The notes beneath the pieces are model-generated. The model did no database searches. It saw only the letters and a program-made list of their open reading frames with translations, and was not told where the DNA came from. The position numbers and the translations under genes were made by a program. From an uncultured bacterium (GTDB lineage: Bacteria; Abyssobacteria; SURF-5): a stretch of 64,000 bases of DNA. Location of the stretch: assembly GCA_964607485.1 (NCBI GenBank), contig CAZSKP010000005.1, forward strand, positions 101,052 through 165,051, read 5' to 3'. How positions within the stretch are numbered: the stretch's first letter is position 1; each line of letters opens with the position of its first letter. Below, piece after piece: positions 59,291-64,000 of the stretch.

Positions 59291-59499
59291 AGTCTTCTGG
59301 GCGGCCCTACTCGTGTTTGAAGTGTAAGCTTTGGTCTGAGCGCCTTACCCGCAAGGATGGGAAGCTTCACTGAGAAGAATTCACAACACACGCGCAATGA
59401 ATTGCACTCCTATGACATTCAAGGTTCTTTGTTCTCTCTTGTTACCCTGATGGCATAGGGGCGTAATCCATCACGCCTTTATTCTGGGAAGGTTAATAA

Positions 59500-60288
59500 G
59501 TGGACAGCAACGAAGTTGGCAAGATGTGGGATGAGAATGCGGAGTTGTGGACAAAGCTTGTTCGCAAAGGATACGACCTGTATCGCGACCATGTCAATAC
59601 ACCCGCCTTTCTCGCCATGCTTCCCGACGTTTCGGGCATGTCGGGACTCGACATCGGCTGTGGCGAGGGCTATAACACCCGGCTCGTGGCTCGCCTCGGC
59701 GCGAAGATGACGGCTATCGACATATCGAAGGTTTTCTTGAATCATGCCCGGCACTTGGAAAGAGAAGAACCCTGCGGAATTGAATACCTCTTCGCCAGCG
59801 CTATTGAGTTGCCTTTTCCCGATGCTTCGTTTGACTTCACTATGGCGACTATGAGTTTCATGGATGCGCCTGAACACGAAAAGATACTGCGCGAGGCGTA
59901 TCGAGTTACCAGGCCCGGCGGTTTCTTGCAGTTTTCGATCACACACCCGTGTTTTCAGACACCTCGTTGGAAATGGGTTCTTGACGAAGAGGGGCAAAGG
60001 ATTGCCATTGAATGCGGAGATTACTTCGAACCACCCGCCGAAGAAATCGAGGAATGGTTCTTCTCTTCCGTGCCGGCTGAACTGGAAGATTCCGGAAAAT
60101 TTCGAATCCCGGTATTCAGGCGAACTCTAAGCAGTTGGATGAATCTTCTGATCGACACTGGTTTTGTTATCGAGCGCTTCTGTGAGCCTCGCGCTGACAA
60201 AGCCACAATAGAGAAATATCCGTCCCTGGCAGACACGCGCATAATAGCTTATTTCCTTATCGTTCGATGCAGGAAACCAGCGCAATAA
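59500..60288 (+). CDS. class I SAM-dependent methyltransferase
   Basis: LDIGCGEG, IDIS and RPGG...ITHPCF. Confidence 0.9.
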   Translation: MDSNEVGKMWDENAELWTKLVRKGYDLYRDHVNTPAFLAMLPDVSGMSGLDIGCGEGYNTRLVARLGAKMTAIDISKVFLNHARHLEREEPCGIEYLFASAIELPFPDASFDFTMATMSFMDAPEHEKILREAYRVTRPGGFLQFSITHPCFQTPRWKWVLDEEGQRIAIECGDYFEPPAEEIEEWFFSSVPAELEDSGKFRIPVFRRTLSSWMNLLIDTGFVIERFCEPRADKATIEKYPSLADTRIIAYFLIVRCRKPAQ

Positions 60289-60582
60289 CGAAGACGTTCT
60301 GTGTCTGGTCCTCATATATACCAGCACATATACCAGTCTCTTCGTAACCCTCTGACTCCGCGTTGAAACCACAAACTTGGAGCACTCGTACGGTCTTGTG
60401 TTGACTGAAACCTTTCCTCACGTCCGGAGCGGCTTTCCCCACCTATCGCGCGGCGTCGCCATCGCTGGCTGGTCATCAGGCGGAGTCAAAGCGGCCCCTG
60501 CACAGAAAAGCATGAATTTTGTATGTGCCGGTAAATCAATAAGTTATGACGAAGCCGATAGCCGAGTCTGCAAGAAAGGTAC

Positions 60583-60631
60583 TTGACAGAATTAAAGGCG
60601 TGTGGTAAACTCCTATCAATTCGATAGGAGT
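60583..60631 (+). promoter_or_regulatory. sigma70 promoter with overlapping palindromic operator
   Basis: TTGACA-17bp-TAAACT; ACTCCTATC-AATTC-GATAGGAGT at 60609-60631. Confidence 0.75.
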
Positions 60632-60785
60632 AATAGGAGCATACCCGCTGACCACACACGGATTCGTTTCATATGCTTCCCACATTTCTTACACTACTCT
60701 GCGACTCTCAACTGCACTGTCCGACCTTCCTATATCTCTTTGTTTCCACGAATGAACCGGTCAACGAAAGGATGCTGTTCACGAA

Positions 60786-61286
60786 ATGAGACTCAATACT
60801 CGTGCCAGATACGTATTGCGCGCCATGATACAGATCGAGCGTAACACCCGCAATGGCAAGCCTGTCAACCTGAGCGACATCGCCGACAAGACATCTCTGT
60901 CTAGGCGCTATCTCGAGCAGTTGGTAATTCCATTAAAGAACGCTTCTCTGATACGGGGCCTGAGCGGAAAGGAGGGCGGCTATCTGTTGGCGAAACCGCC
61001 CGAGGAGATTCGCCTCGGCGACATTGTCGAGGCGGCCATCGGCCCCATCAACATCGTGCGTTGCGTAAACGACCAGGACTCATGCATGCAGGTGGAATGG
61101 TGTGAATGCCGGCCCCTGTATGTCCTGCTCAATCAACGGATCAGAGATGCCTTCAACTCTTTCACGCTGGCCGACCTGGCCGAGCACAGGGTCGAGAAGG
61201 CGGTGGCGAAGGAGCTGGCATTGACGGATCCCGATGCATCTTGTTCGTCCGGGGAAAAGAGAAAGAATGACGGGAAGAGGAGGTAG
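60786..61286 (+). CDS. Rrf2 family transcriptional regulator with Cys cluster
   Basis: RYLEQL, G..GGY.LAK and C-x6-C-x5-C. Confidence 0.93.
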   Translation: MRLNTRARYVLRAMIQIERNTRNGKPVNLSDIADKTSLSRRYLEQLVIPLKNASLIRGLSGKEGGYLLAKPPEEIRLGDIVEAAIGPINIVRCVNDQDSCMQVEWCECRPLYVLLNQRIRDAFNSFTLADLAEHRVEKAVAKELALTDPDASCSSGEKRKNDGKRR

Positions 61287-61289
61287 GCA

Positions 61290-61853
61290 ATGACACCGAA
61301 AGTGGCCCCGACCGGCATGGCCTGCCAGCCGGTTGAGAAGAAGGTGGGGAAGGCGGTCATCCGGCTTCAGCATGGCGACCTCACAGACCTGCCGGTAGAT
61401 GCGTTTGTGTTCTACGCGAGGGAAAACCTTGAAATCGGCTCGGGCTATGGCACCGCGATCCAGAGCCGGGGCGGCGCCGTCATCAAGAAGGAGTTGGGGG
61501 AGATCGGCGGCATTAAGATGGGCGAGGCGGTAATCACTGGCGCGGGGGAAATGAAGGCCAGGCAGATCATCCATGCCTGCGGCCCGAAGTTTCAGGAGGC
61601 GGACATGGAGAGGAAGCTGCGCGAGTGTATGCAATCTTCCCTGAGAGCGGCCGACAAAGCCCGCCTGAAGACGCTCGCGTTCCCGCCCATGGGAACCGGG
61701 TTCTACGGAGTTCCGCTCGACCTGTCCGCCAATGTCATGCTTGACAGCATCGCGACCTTCCTCAAGAACGACACATCTGTGGAGGAAGTGATTATCTGTG
61801 TGATCGACTACCGCGATTACGTGCCGTTCAGGAAGAAGATGGAAAGCCTGTAA
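61290..61853 (+). CDS. macrodomain (Appr-1-p family) protein
   Basis: GDLTD..VDA, GEAVITGAG, IIHACGP and AFPPMGTGFYG. Confidence 0.88.
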   Translation: MTPKVAPTGMACQPVEKKVGKAVIRLQHGDLTDLPVDAFVFYARENLEIGSGYGTAIQSRGGAVIKKELGEIGGIKMGEAVITGAGEMKARQIIHACGPKFQEADMERKLRECMQSSLRAADKARLKTLAFPPMGTGFYGVPLDLSANVMLDSIATFLKNDTSVEEVIICVIDYRDYVPFRKKMESL

Positions 61854-61867
61854 AGAGAGGGAATAGT

Positions 61868-62617
61868 ATGGATACCATTACCGTCCACACGACAAGCACC
61901 CTGCTGCACTTTGCAGAAGACAAACTTCAGATCATCGCGCTGACGTTCATGGGCTTGGTGTACATTTTGAAGGTCAGATGGATTCTGAGCTTCAAGGCGG
62001 GCAAAGAGCGGCAGGCCGCGACCGGCGACCCATCGACGACCGCAAAGAAGGGAGCGGTGTACTCGCTGTTCAACATCTTCATGCCGTGGTCGATGCCAAG
62101 CACGCGGCAGCACCCGCTGTTCTACCTGCAGTTCGGCATCTTTCACGTCGCGGTCGCGCTTTCGATCACGATGTCGATCGTCATTCCTTACTTTCCACAG
62201 CTCATCGCAGGCAAATGGGTCATATATGGGTTGCAGACGCTGTTCGCCCTCGGTTTTCTTGTGGGTCTGGGGCGGTTTATCCGCAGAGTGGCGTCGCCGT
62301 ATATAAGAGCCATCAGCACTCCCGACGACTACTTCTCGCTGGGACTGCTGGTGGTCTGGTTTGCGTTTGCGTTCATGGCCGCGCCGAACAACCGCGAGCA
62401 GACGGAGTTCTGGCTGCTGGGATATTTCTTCCTGACCGCCTTCTTCCTGTTCTATGTTCCTTTCAGCAAGATATCGCATTACATATTCTATCCCTTTACC
62501 AGATGGTACCTGGGAAAGACGCTCGGCCACAGGGGCGTCTATCCTCTTCCGTTCAACCCGGGAAAAGAGCCTCTGTCCAGGCTGTTCTCGCGGACGGAAC
62601 CGGTAAAAAGCGAGTAG
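61868..62617 (+). CDS. NarI-like membrane cytochrome b (TmcC/HmcE-like)
   Basis: About 5 TM segments; FHV, RAISTPDDY and YVPFSKISHY. Confidence 0.8.
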   Translation: MDTITVHTTSTLLHFAEDKLQIIALTFMGLVYILKVRWILSFKAGKERQAATGDPSTTAKKGAVYSLFNIFMPWSMPSTRQHPLFYLQFGIFHVAVALSITMSIVIPYFPQLIAGKWVIYGLQTLFALGFLVGLGRFIRRVASPYIRAISTPDDYFSLGLLVVWFAFAFMAAPNNREQTEFWLLGYFFLTAFFLFYVPFSKISHYIFYPFTRWYLGKTLGHRGVYPLPFNPGKEPLSRLFSRTEPVKSE

Positions 62618-62651
62618 CATACATATCGATATCCAGATAAGGAGCGAAGAG

Positions 62652-64000
62652 ATGGCCACAGCAAGATCGTACAAGTGCGAGAAAGTCATCGAGCGGTTGC
62701 ACAAGAAGGTCAACCGCCAGGTACTGGCCTCACTCGAGGCATGCGTGCACTGTGGGATGTGCACCGACCAATGCCACTACGTGCTGGCGAATCCCGGAGA
62801 CGTGACCTACATGCCCTCGTACAAGGCGGACAAACTCAGGAAGCTCTTCAAGGCTCACATCGATTGGACTGGCAGAGTATTCCCCTGGTGGGTCAGCGCG
62901 AGGAGCCTGTACACCGATGCGGAGCTTGAAGAACTCAAGGACGTCGTGTTCGGCAAGTGCACAAACTGCCGTCGCTGTTCCATCAACTGCCCCATGGGAG
63001 TGGACATGGCCACCTTCAACCGCACGGCCCGGGGCCTGCTGGTGTCGGTCGGGGTCATGCCCGAGGGTGTGGCCGTGGTGGCAAAGGACCAGTGGGAGAT
63101 CGGCAACCAGATGGGCGTGCTGAAGGAAGATTACCTCGACACGCTCGAGTGGATGGAAGAGGAGCTTCAGAGCGAGTACGACGACCCCTCCATCAAGATA
63201 CCGATTGACAAGATGAATGCCGACGTCGTGTATTCCATCAATCCCCGCGAAGTCAAGTACGACCCCCGCACCATCGCCGACGCAGCGCTCATATTCCACG
63301 TCGCCGGCGAGGACTGGACGATGGCCAGCGAAGGATGGGACATGACCAATTTCGGGCTGTTCAACGGGGACGACGAGCTCGGCGGCGCGGTCGCAAGGCG
63401 CTGCTACGAGGCGACGGAGAACCTGCGCGGCAAGAAGCTGGTCATCTCCGAATGCGGACACGGCTACCGCTCGACCCGCTGCGAAGGACAGAACTGGGGC
63501 CAGAAGGATGTTCCCTTCGAGATGGAAAGCTCGGTCATCACCATGCTGCGTTACATAAAAGAGGGAAAGATCAAGGTCGACAAGACCAAGAACACCGAGC
63601 CCGTGACCTTCCACGACTCGTGCAACAACGCAAGGAGCTGCGGCCTGACCGAGGAGCCGCGAGAATTGCTGAAGCTGGTGTGCATGGACTTCCGCGAGAT
63701 GTATCCCAACCGTGCGGAAAACTTCTGCTGCACGGGTGGCGGCGGCGCCATGTCCATGTCGGAATACACGCCGAGGAGGCTCAAGTCCGCGATAATCAAA
63801 GCCAATCAGCTCAAAGAGACGGGCGCAAAGATCGTTGTCACATCCTGCCACAACTGCGTTGACGGGCTGAGCGACTTGATCAGACACTACGAACTCGACA
63901 TGAAGGTCACCCAGTTGGTCAACCTCGTGGCCAACGCCCTCGTGGTTCCGAAGCGAGAGGCCGTGCCCGTCGAGGTCGGTGCAGCGGCCGAAGTGGATGG
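62652..64000 (+). CDS. CCG-domain Fe-S oxidoreductase (TmcB/HmcF/DsrK-like); 3' end outside the window, so absent from the ORF track
   Basis: Hand translation from ATG 62652: CVHCGMCTDQC, CTNCRRCSINCP, ECGHG, HDSC, CCTGGGG and SCHNC. Confidence 0.9.
   Translation, partial: MATARSYKCEKVIERLHKKVNRQVLASLEACVHCGMCTDQCHYVLANPGDVTYMPSYKADKLRKLFKAHIDWTGRVFPWWVSARSLYTDAELEELKDVVFGKCTNCRRCSINCPMGVDMATFNRTARGLLVSVGVMPEGVAVVAKDQWEIGNQMGVLKEDYLDTLEWMEEELQSEYDDPSIKIPIDKMNADVVYSINPREVKYDPRTIADAALIFHVAGEDWTMASEGWDMTNFGLFNGDDELGGAVARRCYEATENLRGKKLVISECGHGYRSTRCEGQNWGQKDVPFEMESSVITMLRYIKEGKIKVDKTKNTEPVTFHDSCNNARSCGLTEEPRELLKLVCMDFREMYPNRAENFCCTGGGGAMSMSEYTPRRLKSAIIKANQLKETGAKIVVTSCHNCVDGLSDLIRHYELDMKVTQLVNLVANALVVPKREAVPVEVGAAAEVD

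Noticed and set aside
59243-60300. Integrative element at tRNA-Leu
   Set aside because: No integrase and no duplicate of the tRNA 3' end within the window.
60283-60350. attC site behind the methyltransferase (TAAC followed by a hairpin)
   Set aside because: The distal end reads GTA rather than the required GTT, and there is no integron integrase or cassette array.
1-64000. CRISPR array or cas genes
   Set aside because: No regularly spaced direct repeats or Cas motifs were seen.

Overview
GC-rich bacterial chromosomal window, most likely from an anaerobic diderm; the taxon cannot be assigned from sequence alone. Backbone genes: a CoA-acyl catabolic cluster (4-hydroxybutyryl-CoA dehydratase-like, crotonase, thiolase), rny-ymdB, PBP1A, a CCA-adding enzyme, nadD-yqeK-yjbQ, the mreBCD-mrdA-rodA-radical SAM pair-rng operon, pabB-pabC-rimI, purN and tRNA-Leu(CAG). 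Two respiratory loci are present: a split b6-type Rieske/cytochrome b complex flanked by 5- and 9-heme cytochromes c, and an Rrf2 / macrodomain / NarI-like / CCG-domain operon that runs off the right edge. Three AT-richer accessory inserts stand out. (1) An XRE-HTH/ImmA-like metallopeptidase with an antitoxin-like C-terminal tail, overlapping a MazF/PemK toxin and followed by a trypsin-like protease (48.8-51.4 kb); this is the best candidate for an undescribed system. (2) A lone Abi_C/HEPN-type gene ending in an SSB-like DIPF tail (33.3-34.2 kb). (3) A four-gene membrane-protein island in which two unrelated proteins share a near-identical C-terminal zinc ribbon (29.5-31.4 kb). Several REP/MITE-like palindromes, sigma70 and sigma54 promoter candidates, and a 51-aa ORF missing from the ORF track were also found. 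No CRISPR array, rRNA, integrase or transposase was seen. All family assignments come from recognising motifs by eye; no database search was run.
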